64,000 nt of DNA, from positions 2,911,942 through 2,975,941 of the forward strand of contig JADJXR010000001.1 in assembly GCA_016710285.1 (NCBI GenBank). The letters are read 5' to 3'. The notes beneath the pieces were generated by a model, which made no database searches, had not been told where the DNA came from, and was given only the letters and a program-made list of their open reading frames with translations. The position numbers were made by a program, and so were the translations under genes. The stretch is from Chlorobiota bacterium. GTDB lineage: Bacteria; Bacteroidota; Ignavibacteria; OLB7. Within the stretch, counting starts at the first letter, position 1; every line of letters starts with the position of its first letter. Shown one piece after another: positions 19,617 through 28,802 of the stretch.

Positions 19617-22332
19617 CCGGGGCCACTGCAATGGTGCGCGTGTTGGCCTCGCCGGTGATTGCTGCAGTCAACGTGTCGCCCGTGCTGGTAATCAGCAGGA
19701 GCATTGCGTTGCGTGGTCCGGGCTGGCTTCCCGCCGCTGGCGTGTGGATGATGCTTAGATCAATGCTTTGCCCCGGGCTGATGGCAAATGGCACGGCTGG
19801 CCAGGGCTTTGCCGGGTTCATTGCAAATTCGGCAGCATCGGGTCCGGCAATCACCACTTTTTCGATGACTGTTAGCTCGATGGTGTTGTTTTCGGCGTGG
19901 GCATTTCCGATTCCTGCCTCTGCGCCGGGGGCATCAATCACGCTTGGGGCAACGGCCACATCGTTTGTCTGGACCGTGGCCAACCCCACGCCGCTGATAT
20001 CCCAGTAGTAGCTTCCCCGCTCGGTGTTTCCTGGAAGAATGATTGTGGAATCGTTCGTTTGCAGCTGCACCGTTGCGCGGCGCGTTCCGCTGCGCGATGG
20101 AGTGAAGCTGAAGGTAATTGAAGCGCAGCTATCGGGCGGAATCACCCATGTGTCGTCGTTGTTGCTCTGCTCGGTGCCAATTCCCAGGAAGGCTTCAACA
20201 ATCTTGAACTCCTGGGCATCGCCGCCAAACACGTGGAACTGGCGGCGGCCAACGCGAAGGTCGCACGCGCCGTTGTTGCATAGCTGGATGGTTGTTGTCG
20301 AGGTCTTGCCGATTTTGGTTTGCGGCATGGTGACTGCGCTAATCGCAGAGCCGTTGCTTGCGGCTGGAAGCGCCCCAATCCCACGTCCGAACAGATCCAA
20401 CACCAGCAATCCATCACGCACGGTTCCATCAACATCAACTCCGGTGAAGTTGGCAGCGTTTGTGTGGATAAACATCCGTGTGAATCGCTTGCCAGGCTTC
20501 TGTGGTACAAAGGTCAGATAGTAGGTGGAGTTACCCGCTTCCGGTGTCTCCAATGGATAGAACGGCGTTGCATTGCTTGATGCCGGAGCCACGCCTGGGT
20601 CGGTGGTCAGGAAGTAATCCTTGGTTCCTATCAGTGCGGTTCCATTCACGCGGCGCAACTGATACCGTGGAGCCCCCTGCATGTAGATGGTGTCGGTTTC
20701 ATAGGCCTCAACATCGGTGATTCGCATCGTTCCTTCGCCAATGTTTTTCATCACAACAGGGAGGGTAACGAACGACTCGCCGGTGCAGATGAAATCTTTT
20801 TTGAACAGCTCTGCATCGGATGTCAGCTTGGTGCTGTTAATGAAAAAGTCTGCGCCAGCAGCGCGGGAGTAGGCGTAGAGATTAAAGGTCCGTTTGCCAT
20901 CTTCCGTTGTTACGGTTAGCGTTGCCAACTGGTTTGCCACGCCCACCGGAAGGAACCGAATCACGGGCGTTGAGGTCCCCGTGGCTTGCACTGTTGTGCT
21001 AAACGTGTTCACCAAGCCGCCCCCCACTGGGTTCACCAGTTTATACTGGTTTGTTGGGTCGGTGATGGTGTAGGTGACGGGCATTGCTGGGGCCGCAGCA
21101 TTGCTGTTGAAGTTTAGGATGGAAAGCGGGGTGCAATCGCGCCAAGCAAAACGGTCCACCCGAATGATCCGCATCAGGGTGTCCTGATCGGCCATGGCAG
21201 CGGTTCCTCCTTCGGCAATATTCCCAACGTATTGCACGCGGGTGCTCCCCTGGGCGGCAAGGTTGTAGTTGATGGAAAACCCGTTGTCATCTTGGATGGT
21301 AAGCACCGCCGGGCGTACCCCCAGCCCTGTTGGCGCAAAGCGAATGTACGGCGTGCTGGTGGCTGCGTTGACCAACGTGCCGCTTAACACCGAAGTGAAA
21401 GGACCGGAAGCGGAGTTCGATAAGCTATACTCCGAAGCACTTGCCCCGCTAATGCTGTACGTGTAGGTGCGCGTGCCGCACGCCGGAAGCGATGCCGATC
21501 CGTTGCTGGCTGAAAACGGCTGGAACGTTGGGGCATTGCCGCGTTGGACCAAGAACGCCCCGCCTGTAAACAAACTGTCGTTGTTGGCCATCTTTACTGT
21601 CCCACCTTGCGCAAGGTCCCCTGCAATCATCAGATTGGCAACGCATGGTGCCAGTTTGTAGAGTGTCCCCGAGGTTGGGTAGTAGGTGGAGCTGTACGAT
21701 GAGAAGGAGACAGATGGAGTTGAGGTGTTGATAGAAGCAAACTGTGTTGAGCTGATGCTGATACCAACAGACCCATTGTAGCTGGTGCCGTACGCGGAAG
21801 AACCGGACCCGTACACGAACTCAATAGCGTTGGTCGTTTCGTACAGCCGCACTTGGAACTTCACTTGGTAGGAAGAGCTAACGCAGCATTGGTTCACACG
21901 CCACTCCACTGTTAAAACGCGGTTTGGCGATGACCCGCTCAGCAAGTAGTACACGCCACCATCGCTTGGGCAGTACTGGTCGCGCCAGTATGCTGTGATG
22001 ATTGGGGTGCCATAGCTGGAAGCCAGTGATGGCGGGCAGCAATACGTAGTGGTTACTGTTGATGAGCCCAAACCCAACGCCCCGTTCGAGCTAACGGAGA
22101 ATTGTGTGTAGCTGGTTCCGGCAAGCTTGAACGTAAACCCGATGTTCGTGACGGATGAGGCTACGTCATCCTGATATGATCCCAACAGCGAACTTGCACT
22201 GCCCATGTCGGTCAGCGAGGCCCCTGTCGAGGATGAAAACTGGTACTGATTAAGCGACTGGCCGCTTGCCGGCCAGCATATCAGCATGATGAGTAGGAGG
22301 CTTGCCCCCAGTAGGCGATACGTAGAAATCAT
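18997..22332 (-). CDS. giant secreted surface protein: NIDO-like N-domain, multiple Ig-like (choice-of-anchor-D / ASH-type) repeats, T9SS C-terminal sorting domain
   Basis: 1111 aa with a signal peptide (MISTYRLLGASLLLIMLICWPASG). Repeated motifs of the form LFDNVTIPVGKVARQTVMITNNGTAPL. The C-terminus, NPGRDLVKLAYRL...VKLYNEQGQEV...GSYHYRLSVNGQTITRSMVV, is typical of a type A T9SS CTD. Confidence 0.8.
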   Translation of the reverse strand: MISTYRLLGASLLLIMLICWPASGQSLNQYQFSSSTGASLTDMGSASSLLGSYQDDVASSVTNIGFTFKLAGTSYTQFSVSSNGALGLGSSTVTTTYCCPPSLASSYGTPIITAYWRDQYCPSDGGVYYLLSGSSPNRVLTVEWRVNQCCVSSSYQVKFQVRLYETTNAIEFVYGSGSSAYGTSYNGSVGISISSTQFASINTSTPSVSFSSYSSTYYPTSGTLYKLAPCVANLMIAGDLAQGGTVKMANNDSLFTGGAFLVQRGNAPTFQPFSASNGSASLPACGTRTYTYSISGASASEYSLSNSASGPFTSVLSGTLVNAATSTPYIRFAPTGLGVRPAVLTIQDDNGFSINYNLAAQGSTRVQYVGNIAEGGTAAMADQDTLMRIIRVDRFAWRDCTPLSILNFNSNAAAPAMPVTYTITDPTNQYKLVNPVGGGLVNTFSTTVQATGTSTPVIRFLPVGVANQLATLTVTTEDGKRTFNLYAYSRAAGADFFINSTKLTSDAELFKKDFICTGESFVTLPVVMKNIGEGTMRITDVEAYETDTIYMQGAPRYQLRRVNGTALIGTKDYFLTTDPGVAPASSNATPFYPLETPEAGNSTYYLTFVPQKPGKRFTRMFIHTNAANFTGVDVDGTVRDGLLVLDLFGRGIGALPAASNGSAISAVTMPQTKIGKTSTTTIQLCNNGACDLRVGRRQFHVFGGDAQEFKIVEAFLGIGTEQSNNDDTWVIPPDSCASITFSFTPSRSGTRRATVQLQTNDSTIILPGNTERGSYYWDISGVGLATVQTNDVAVAPSVIDAPGAEAGIGNAHAENNTIELTVIEKVVIAGPDAAEFAMNPAKPWPAVPFAISPGQSIDLSIIHTPAAGSQPGPRNAMLLLITSTGDTLTAAITGEANTRTIAVAPASLFDNVTIPVGKVARQTVMITNNGTAPLRLGTTTITGATSTDYTLGRLPRTSLAPGQSEFLEVTYRPLNQGTSTATLTINSNATNGALTVQLGGTATRIQPGTGESNGTSSVDATFGANGTTLWQTTPNPGRDLVKLAYRLANAGNVSVKLYNEQGQEVLTLDEGARAAGDHSVSFSVRELNSGSYHYRLSVNGQTITRSMVVAK

Positions 22333-22555
22333 GGGTTAACTCCCGATGGATTAAGGATGGAAGAACGTTGCTCATTTGGCGACATTCACTAACAACAGCA
22401 ACGCGCTCTACGGGTGCGAATTGCTGGGGAAGGGAGGGCTGAAAACAGATGCCACAGCTGGTGGCCTTGATAAGGCTTCCGGCTGGCAGCCGAAAACATC
22501 GGAAAGTTGGGGCTAATGACAAAGAGTTTTTTCCTTAATTGTTCAAATCTTTGAA

Positions 22556-22597
22556 AAAAAAAGCGCAGGGTGCTTCTTTCTTCAAGAAGCACCCTGC
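22556..22597 (-). terminator. rho-independent terminator of the 22629..26054 gene
   Basis: Same hairpin as 18933-18965, preceded by an A-run on the + strand. Confidence 0.8.
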
Positions 22598-23248
22598 GTT
22601 GGTTATCGGCGTGCGCGTTGCTGCGCGATTACTTGGCCACGACCATCGAACGGATGATCGTCTGGCCGTTGACGCTCAGGCGGTAGTGGTAGCTTCCGCT
22701 GCTCAACTCACCGACGCTGAAGCTAACGCTGTGGTCGCCGGCGGCGCGTGCACCTTCGTCAAGAGTCAGCACTTCCTGGCCTTGCTCGTTGTAGAGCTTC
22801 ACCGAGACGTTTCCGGCATTGGCCAAACGGTAGGCCAGCGTCACAAGGTCGCGGCCTGGGTTTGGTGCGGTTTGCCAGAGCGTTGTGCCGTTTGCGCCAA
22901 AGGTCGCGTCCACGCTGCTGGTTCCGTTGCTTTCGCCGGTTCCTGGCTGGATGCGTGTAGCGGTTCCTCCAAGCTGGACGGTCAGCGCGCCGTTGGTGGC
23001 GTTGCTGTTGATGGTCAAGGTAGCGCTGGAGGTTCCCTGGTTGAGCGGACGGTAGGTGACTTCAAGGAACTCACTCTGTCCCGGGGCCAAGCTGGTGCGT
23101 GGCAGGCGGCCCAGGGTGTAGTCGGTGGAGGTTGCGCCGGTGATGGTTGTGGTTCCCAGCTTAATCGGCATGGTGCCATTGTTGGTAATCATCACCGTTT
23201 GGCGTGCGACCTTCCCAACCGGAATCGTCACGTTGTCGAACAACGAGG
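22556..23248. repeat. copy 2 of the approx. 690-bp near-identical segment
   Basis: See 18924..19616. Confidence 0.9.
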
Positions 23249-26054
23249 CTTGGCTGGTGGCCAGCGTGCGGGTTCCGGCTTCGCCAATCAGGTTCAACGT
23301 CACAACGTCGCCGTTGGAAAGGGTCAAGTTCAGCTGGGCGTTGCGTGGGCCTGGCTGGCTTGCTGGTGCTGGGTTGTGAACAATGGCGAAGTGCATGGCT
23401 GCACCCGGCATCACTGCAAACGGCACGGCTGGCCACGGCTTCGCTGGATCCATCGTGAACTCCGCTGCATCGGTTCCCACAATCTCAATCTTGTTCACAA
23501 AGATCAATTCCTGCGTGGTGTTCTCCACCATCGCGCTTGCTGCCGAGTGGTCCGCGGTTGCGCCGCCAATCACTGCCGGGGCAAACATCACGTCGCGTGG
23601 CTCAAGCCCAACGGTTCCAACGCCGGTAACATCCCAGTAGTAGCTTCCCCGTTCGGTTAGCCCAGGAAGGATGATCGTGGAATCGTTGGTCCTTAGCTCA
23701 ATCGTTGCGCGGCGCGATCCGCTGCGCGATGGCGTGAACTCTAACGTGACGGTGGTGCTGTCGCCCGGGGCCATCATGTAGGTTCCGGTGTTTCCGTCCA
23801 GCGTAAGGTTGCTGAAGGCATCAACAATCTTGAACTCCTTCACGTCGCCCGAACCAATACGGAAGCGGTTTTTGTCAATCCGAAGGTCGCAGGCACCTGG
23901 GTTGTAAAGCGTGACGGTCATCATGCGGCTGGTGCGGACTGCGGTGTTCGCGAACTTCACCGGCTTCGGAAGCTGGCCACCTTCCACACGGTCGCTGATG
24001 CTGGATCCCAAACCACGACCGAACAGATCAAACGTGAGCAATCCATCTTCGGTGTAACCCGTGACCGGATTGATCCCGGTGAAGTTTGCGCCGTTGGTTG
24101 GCAGGTAGATGCGGGCAAACCGCTTGCCTGGTTCCTGTGCCACAAAGTTCACGTAAATCGTCCGCGAGCCTTTCTCCGGAACGGAGATCGGGTAATCTTG
24201 GAAGCCGTTTGCCGGAACCGGAGCAACGCCTGGTTCGGTGCTGATGAAGTAATCAACCGATGGAATCGGCATCCAGTTCTCATCCATCAGCAGCGGATAG
24301 GCTGGGTTCCCTTGCCCGTAAATCGAATCGGTTCGATAGACCATGGATCCCAAAATCTGGAACTCCCCTTCGCCAACATTCACCACGTTGATCGGGTAGC
24401 TTTGGATATACTCCCCGGCGCAAATGAAATCTTTGTTGAAGACATCTTCATTTGGACCCAGCTTGCGGCTGCCCAAGTAGAATTCACCACCGGCAGCGGC
24501 GGAGAAGGCGTAGAGAACGTACGTCCGGATTTCCCCTTCGGCATTCACCGTCAAGGTTGCCCGCTGCGGACCAACGCCTTTTGGCGAGAAGCGGATTGCC
24601 GGGGTTGTGGAACCCAAAGCCGTTAGCCCGGTGCTGTAAGTGTTCACCAACTGGCCGTTGTCTGGGTTGACGATTTTGTACTGGTTGGTTGGGTCGTTCA
24701 GCACGAAGCTGGTTGGTGCGCTCGGGGCCTTGCCGTTGTTGTTGGTGTTGCTCACCGTCAGCGGCATGAAGTCTTGCCACGCAAGGCGGGTCACTTTGAT
24801 GCCGTTGATAAGCGTGTCGCCGCTGGCAACGGAAGCTGTTCCGCCGCTGGCAACGTTGCCAATGTAGATCAACCGCCGTGTGGCTTCGGCTTCAAGAGTG
24901 TAGCTGCGGCTGAAACCGTTGTCGTCGGTGACTTGCAGCGTGGCGGTGCGGATGCCAATCGCCGTTGGAGCAAAGGTCACCGTTGGTGTCACCTTGCTGT
25001 CGGCACCGATCTTCCCGCTAGTTGGCGAAATAATGAAATCGCCTGGGTTCGCTCCGCTGATGCTGAAGGTGTAGCCGCGTGCCGAGCAAGGATCGGGATC
25101 CAAATAGATGGTGAATGGCTGGTAGCCCTGCGAGGTCCACACCTGAATCTTCGTTCCGCTCAACAGCTTGTCGCCGTCGGCCATCACCGTGGTCCCACCC
25201 TGGGCAGGGTCGCCACTGATCTGGATGTTGCAAGGGTTGAAGATGTAGAGGGTGCCGTAGCTAATGGGAGTGTCGAATAAATAGATGTCGTTGTTCGCAG
25301 TGCTGGTGCTAGTCGTAGCTCCTGTGATTCCTTGAAAACCACCTCCTGATGCTTTAGCCTCACTCCCTCCGCTTTCAGAGCCAGGGGTAACGCTGATAAA
25401 ATCGGAAGAGCTTGCGGCAATGCCGATGGATGCGGAATTGGAATAGTAATCACCATACACGTTGGAGTAGGTGCTCATATCTCCATACCAGAGTTCAACC
25501 CTGTTGGATCCTTCATATAAGCGAACTTGGAAGGACCCGTACACGTAATCGTAGTATGAAAGCTCAATGGATTGGAAGTCAATAACCAAAACGCGATTTG
25601 GGGCAGTGCCGTTGATGAAATACGAGACAGACCCTGAAACTTCATCATCAAAATCATCGCCTGGAACGCGAAGATCGTTCCAGAACGGAGCAATCTGAGG
25701 TGTTGTTCCTAATGAGTAGTTTCCGCTTGTAGCTGTTAGGTTGTTGACATAGTAGCCAGTCACGTTCGTTGAGCCAAGCCCAATCACACCATTGGAGCTT
25801 ACGGAGAATCGTGTGTACGGCTTGTTATCGAAGTAGAAGGTGAACGCCGGTTGGCCTTTTGCAACCGATGGAGTAAAGGCGGCGACATCGTCATCGGCCC
25901 CGACGCTGAGTATCTCGGTGGGCTTTCCCTCTGGTGAAATTGGATCACCGTAGGTGTCCAAGAATTGGTAGTTGGAGACGTTGCCGTAGGATAAGCCCAT
26001 CGGCAGCATCAGTGCTAGGGCTACCCCCAGCAAAAGTCTGTACAGGTGTCTCAT
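22629..26054 (-). CDS. giant secreted surface protein, paralog of 18997..22332 (NIDO-like N-domain, Ig-like repeats, T9SS CTD)
   Basis: 1141 aa with a signal peptide. N-domain motifs FSVSSNGVIGLGS, IAPFWNDLRV and FQVRLYEGSNRVELWYG. The last approx. 215 aa are nearly identical to the paralog. Confidence 0.8.
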   Translation of the reverse strand: MRHLYRLLLGVALALMLPMGLSYGNVSNYQFLDTYGDPISPEGKPTEILSVGADDDVAAFTPSVAKGQPAFTFYFDNKPYTRFSVSSNGVIGLGSTNVTGYYVNNLTATSGNYSLGTTPQIAPFWNDLRVPGDDFDDEVSGSVSYFINGTAPNRVLVIDFQSIELSYYDYVYGSFQVRLYEGSNRVELWYGDMSTYSNVYGDYYSNSASIGIAASSSDFISVTPGSESGGSEAKASGGGFQGITGATTSTSTANNDIYLFDTPISYGTLYIFNPCNIQISGDPAQGGTTVMADGDKLLSGTKIQVWTSQGYQPFTIYLDPDPCSARGYTFSISGANPGDFIISPTSGKIGADSKVTPTVTFAPTAIGIRTATLQVTDDNGFSRSYTLEAEATRRLIYIGNVASGGTASVASGDTLINGIKVTRLAWQDFMPLTVSNTNNNGKAPSAPTSFVLNDPTNQYKIVNPDNGQLVNTYSTGLTALGSTTPAIRFSPKGVGPQRATLTVNAEGEIRTYVLYAFSAAAGGEFYLGSRKLGPNEDVFNKDFICAGEYIQSYPINVVNVGEGEFQILGSMVYRTDSIYGQGNPAYPLLMDENWMPIPSVDYFISTEPGVAPVPANGFQDYPISVPEKGSRTIYVNFVAQEPGKRFARIYLPTNGANFTGINPVTGYTEDGLLTFDLFGRGLGSSISDRVEGGQLPKPVKFANTAVRTSRMMTVTLYNPGACDLRIDKNRFRIGSGDVKEFKIVDAFSNLTLDGNTGTYMMAPGDSTTVTLEFTPSRSGSRRATIELRTNDSTIILPGLTERGSYYWDVTGVGTVGLEPRDVMFAPAVIGGATADHSAASAMVENTTQELIFVNKIEIVGTDAAEFTMDPAKPWPAVPFAVMPGAAMHFAIVHNPAPASQPGPRNAQLNLTLSNGDVVTLNLIGEAGTRTLATSQASLFDNVTIPVGKVARQTVMITNNGTMPIKLGTTTITGATSTDYTLGRLPRTSLAPGQSEFLEVTYRPLNQGTSSATLTINSNATNGALTVQLGGTATRIQPGTGESNGTSSVDATFGANGTTLWQTAPNPGRDLVTLAYRLANAGNVSVKLYNEQGQEVLTLDEGARAAGDHSVSFSVGELSSGSYHYRLSVNGQTIIRSMVVAK

Positions 26055-26200
26055 GGTTGGAAACTCCGGTTAGTGAGAGATGTAGTCTGGATGCGTTCTT
26101 TTTGTATTGCCTATTGCACCACGCATGGTTCATGGATATGAACCGCAACCCTTCTGGGCTGCTTCAGCGGGCATTGTTGATTTTTCTATAAATCAGTTAT

Positions 26201-26229
26201 GGCCAATAGCGTGCGTCGTGCTATTGGCC
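26201..26229. promoter_or_regulatory. perfect inverted repeat (possible operator) upstream of the 22629..26054 gene
   Basis: ggccaatagc-N9-gctattggcc, about 150-175 nt upstream of the start at 26054. A second inverted repeat, ggttcat-ggat-atgaacc, lies at 26127-26144. Confidence 0.3.
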
Positions 26230-26642
26230 GCCATTGACGAATATCTGCGGCAGAGCAAGGCAGATAGTGGCGTAACAGTGTTAACAACAACATGGGGGGA
26301 TCCTTTTTTCTCGAGTCCGATCGTGCTCCTCATTCTTGGCGTTTGTTGGTCATCGGTTGGCTATTGCTGCGTCATCGGGTCAAAAATCGCAGGTGCGGCG
26401 CACGGATCCACGCCCGCTACTGTACGATTGATCGGCTTGGATAGATTTGGGCACATAGCAGCATGGTATTCTTGCTATGGTCAAATCGGACACCCATAAT
26501 AAGCAAAAATTATGCCCAAGAACACCGCCTTCCTTCAATGGTTACACGATCCCACACTGCTGGTAGGACTGGCCCCACCAGATGCCTGCTTTTAGACGTG
26601 GCAATCTTTCACGGTGCGGGGTAACTCGTCCCCATTGACCCC

Positions 26643-28754
26643 TTACGGCTCCTTCCGAATATCCTCCAGCGGCGTTGAGACCTCCACCGTCACCGTGCGG
26701 CAGTAGTAACGGCCCTCGGGAAGGGCGTTGTCGTACAGCAGCCGCGACGGCCCCACCCCTTGCGCGCCAAGAATGGCCGCGCCGGGCCGCTCGGCAAGGA
26801 TCAAATCCCGCACCGCAAACGCGCGCGATTCCGACAGCTGCTGGTTGTGCCGAAGCTCGCCAAGCCGGTCGGTGGAGCCGGTGATCTGCAAGGTGGAGCG
26901 GGGATAGATGGATTGCGCCACAAATGCCGAAACCATCCGCCGGTTCTGCGGCGTTATCTCCGCCTTGTCGAAATCAAACACGATCAAGCTCAGCCTGCTG
27001 ATCTCGAACGGGTGGGTTGCCCCGCTTGCCGGAATCGTTGCTTCCGATTGCGCCCGTTTCCCCCGCGCATCGGTGATCTCCAGCACGCTTTCTATCTCCC
27101 CACGCTCCCCAACGTTTTCGGAAATCACCCCAGCGGCGTGGTCGTCCAGGGTCCACGTTACCGTTGTGGGGGGCGCGCCGGTTCCGGCCTGCTGGGCCAC
27201 GGTGGTGGTTCCGGCACTCACCCGCAATTGCCACGAGCGAATGGCCGCCGGGCTGGTTGCCTCCGTTGCGAAGGATAGACTTTTGGGGGAGTAGGAGTAC
27301 TCATTGAACCGCTCGTGAAGGATCGGAGCCAACAGGTCATCGGTCAGCGAAGCGATTTCAACGCGCCGGTTTTCCTCCACCCCTTCCTGATACTCGGCAC
27401 TGCTGGGGAACGTTGGCCGCGCAAGCACCGCAATGGCGATCCGTTTTGGATCCACCCCCCACGTGTTGGTGATGTACGTTTTTATCGCCTGCGCCCGCTG
27501 CTTGGCCAGCGTGGTGGCTTCGGGTTGGGTTGCGGTTTCGCGCCCGTCGGTGGTCCCGTTCAGGGTGATCTTGATGGAAGGCTCGGCGGCCATTCGCGAG
27601 CCGATCACGTTCAGGATGTTGTAGTAGGCATCCAACGAGCGGTGCGGCAAATCTTTCTCATTGAACGCCGCACGCGCTTCGGGGCTAATCTTCTGATACC
27701 GCCCGGGAATGTCCGTGCTGGCACTGTCGAAGAAGATGTACGGAAGGATCGGGAACGTCTCGGTGACGATGGTTCGCACCACCTGGACCCGCTCGCTTGT
27801 GCTGGCGGTGATTCCCGCCACGGGAAGAACCTCCGGCGGCGGAGGAGGTGGGGGGGGCGGTGGCGGCGGAGGAGGTGGCGGCGGCGGTTGCACCGGAACT
27901 CCAAAATCGTAGCGGAGCGCAAGGTCCCCCTGGATGGTGGAGGTGCGCCAGCGATTCGATAGAGTGATGTCGGTGAAGGGGTGATAGTAGCTTACCTCCG
28001 GTGCAATGCTCAATCGGTTGGCAATGGGGAAGGCGTAGCCCAGCGTCCCGCTTGCGGTGATCAGCGTCTGGACATCGTTGATTGGTCCGTTCCCAACATC
28101 GCGAATCACCCGATTGGTTTCGGGATAGACCACACCATCGGGGGAGGTGATTTCCTCGGTTTGGTGGTAGGTCGGTTCCGCCAGCGGAAACCCCGCGCCC
28201 GCGCCGGCCCGGACGTAGATTGGGAACTCTGGAAATGGCGCAACCCGCAGCCCGAACTCACCCACAAAAAAATTCAGCGTTGCGGTGTAGTTGTGCTTCC
28301 GTTCAAGCGGGACGTAGCGGTTGCTGTTTGGGTCCAGCACCGGAAGCCCTGCGGTGTAGGCCTCGCCGAAGGATCCGCCGCGCTGCGCAAACAGCAGATG
28401 GGCGGTAAGGTCAACCGCGCCGCCAAGCAGTGGGAACTCGCCGAACACCCCAGCAATCATCCCCTCCCCGTCGCCATTGCCAAACGCGCCGCACTCGGTT
28501 CCGCTGGTGAAGATGCTGGCTTGGGTTTCGTGGCGGTTGTAGCCATATCCCCCCAACGCCCCAAGCCGGAACGTCACCCGCTCCAATCGCCCCGAATCGA
28601 ATTCGGTTGTGTCTGGGGGCGTTTCCTGGGCCGTGGCCTGCGAAGCCGCAATCAATGAAAAAGCAATCGCGCAAAGAAGGAGTGCGCGGTGTTGTTGAGT
28701 ATGCAAGTGCGTCAAACCGGTGTCATGGGTTGTTGGAAAAACGCGTTGTGCCAT
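26643..28754 (-). CDS. OmpA-family outer membrane protein (N-terminal beta-barrel-like region, poly-Pro hinge, two OmpA_C-like domains)
   Basis: Start chosen at ATG 28754 (MAQRVF...LLLCAIAFSLIAASQATAQE signal). 18 consecutive Pro codons at 27834-27887. RRVEIASL in the first OmpA-like domain. C-terminus LYDNALPEGRYYCRTVTVEV. Confidence 0.8.
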   Translation of the reverse strand: MAQRVFPTTHDTGLTHLHTQQHRALLLCAIAFSLIAASQATAQETPPDTTEFDSGRLERVTFRLGALGGYGYNRHETQASIFTSGTECGAFGNGDGEGMIAGVFGEFPLLGGAVDLTAHLLFAQRGGSFGEAYTAGLPVLDPNSNRYVPLERKHNYTATLNFFVGEFGLRVAPFPEFPIYVRAGAGAGFPLAEPTYHQTEEITSPDGVVYPETNRVIRDVGNGPINDVQTLITASGTLGYAFPIANRLSIAPEVSYYHPFTDITLSNRWRTSTIQGDLALRYDFGVPVQPPPPPPPPPPPPPPPPPPEVLPVAGITASTSERVQVVRTIVTETFPILPYIFFDSASTDIPGRYQKISPEARAAFNEKDLPHRSLDAYYNILNVIGSRMAAEPSIKITLNGTTDGRETATQPEATTLAKQRAQAIKTYITNTWGVDPKRIAIAVLARPTFPSSAEYQEGVEENRRVEIASLTDDLLAPILHERFNEYSYSPKSLSFATEATSPAAIRSWQLRVSAGTTTVAQQAGTGAPPTTVTWTLDDHAAGVISENVGERGEIESVLEITDARGKRAQSEATIPASGATHPFEISRLSLIVFDFDKAEITPQNRRMVSAFVAQSIYPRSTLQITGSTDRLGELRHNQQLSESRAFAVRDLILAERPGAAILGAQGVGPSRLLYDNALPEGRYYCRTVTVEVSTPLEDIRKEP

Positions 28755-28802
28755 GCCGCCATAAGGTAGCCGTCCCGAATGAGTCGGGGCCGCTACCACT
28801 GT

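Noticed and set aside
25260-26054. Lower GC (I counted 43-45% in lines 25501-25620) in the 5' third of the second giant paralog, as a possible sign of a horizontally acquired module.
   Set aside because: The encoded segment is very rich in Tyr/Asn/Ser/Phe/Ile, which forces AT-rich codons. The paralog's equivalent N-domain is also below the local average, so amino-acid composition is a sufficient explanation.
26107-26499. 130-aa plus-strand ORF in the spacer upstream of the second giant T9SS gene, with two hydrophobic stretches.
   Set aside because: There is no recognisable family, no convincing ribosome-binding context and atypical composition. It lies where the promoter or leader of the divergent or upstream gene is expected. 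I cannot support it as a gene from sequence alone.
27709-27912. Plus-strand ORF encoding a poly-glycine tract.
   Set aside because: It is simply the antisense reading of the poly-proline hinge of the OmpA-family gene.
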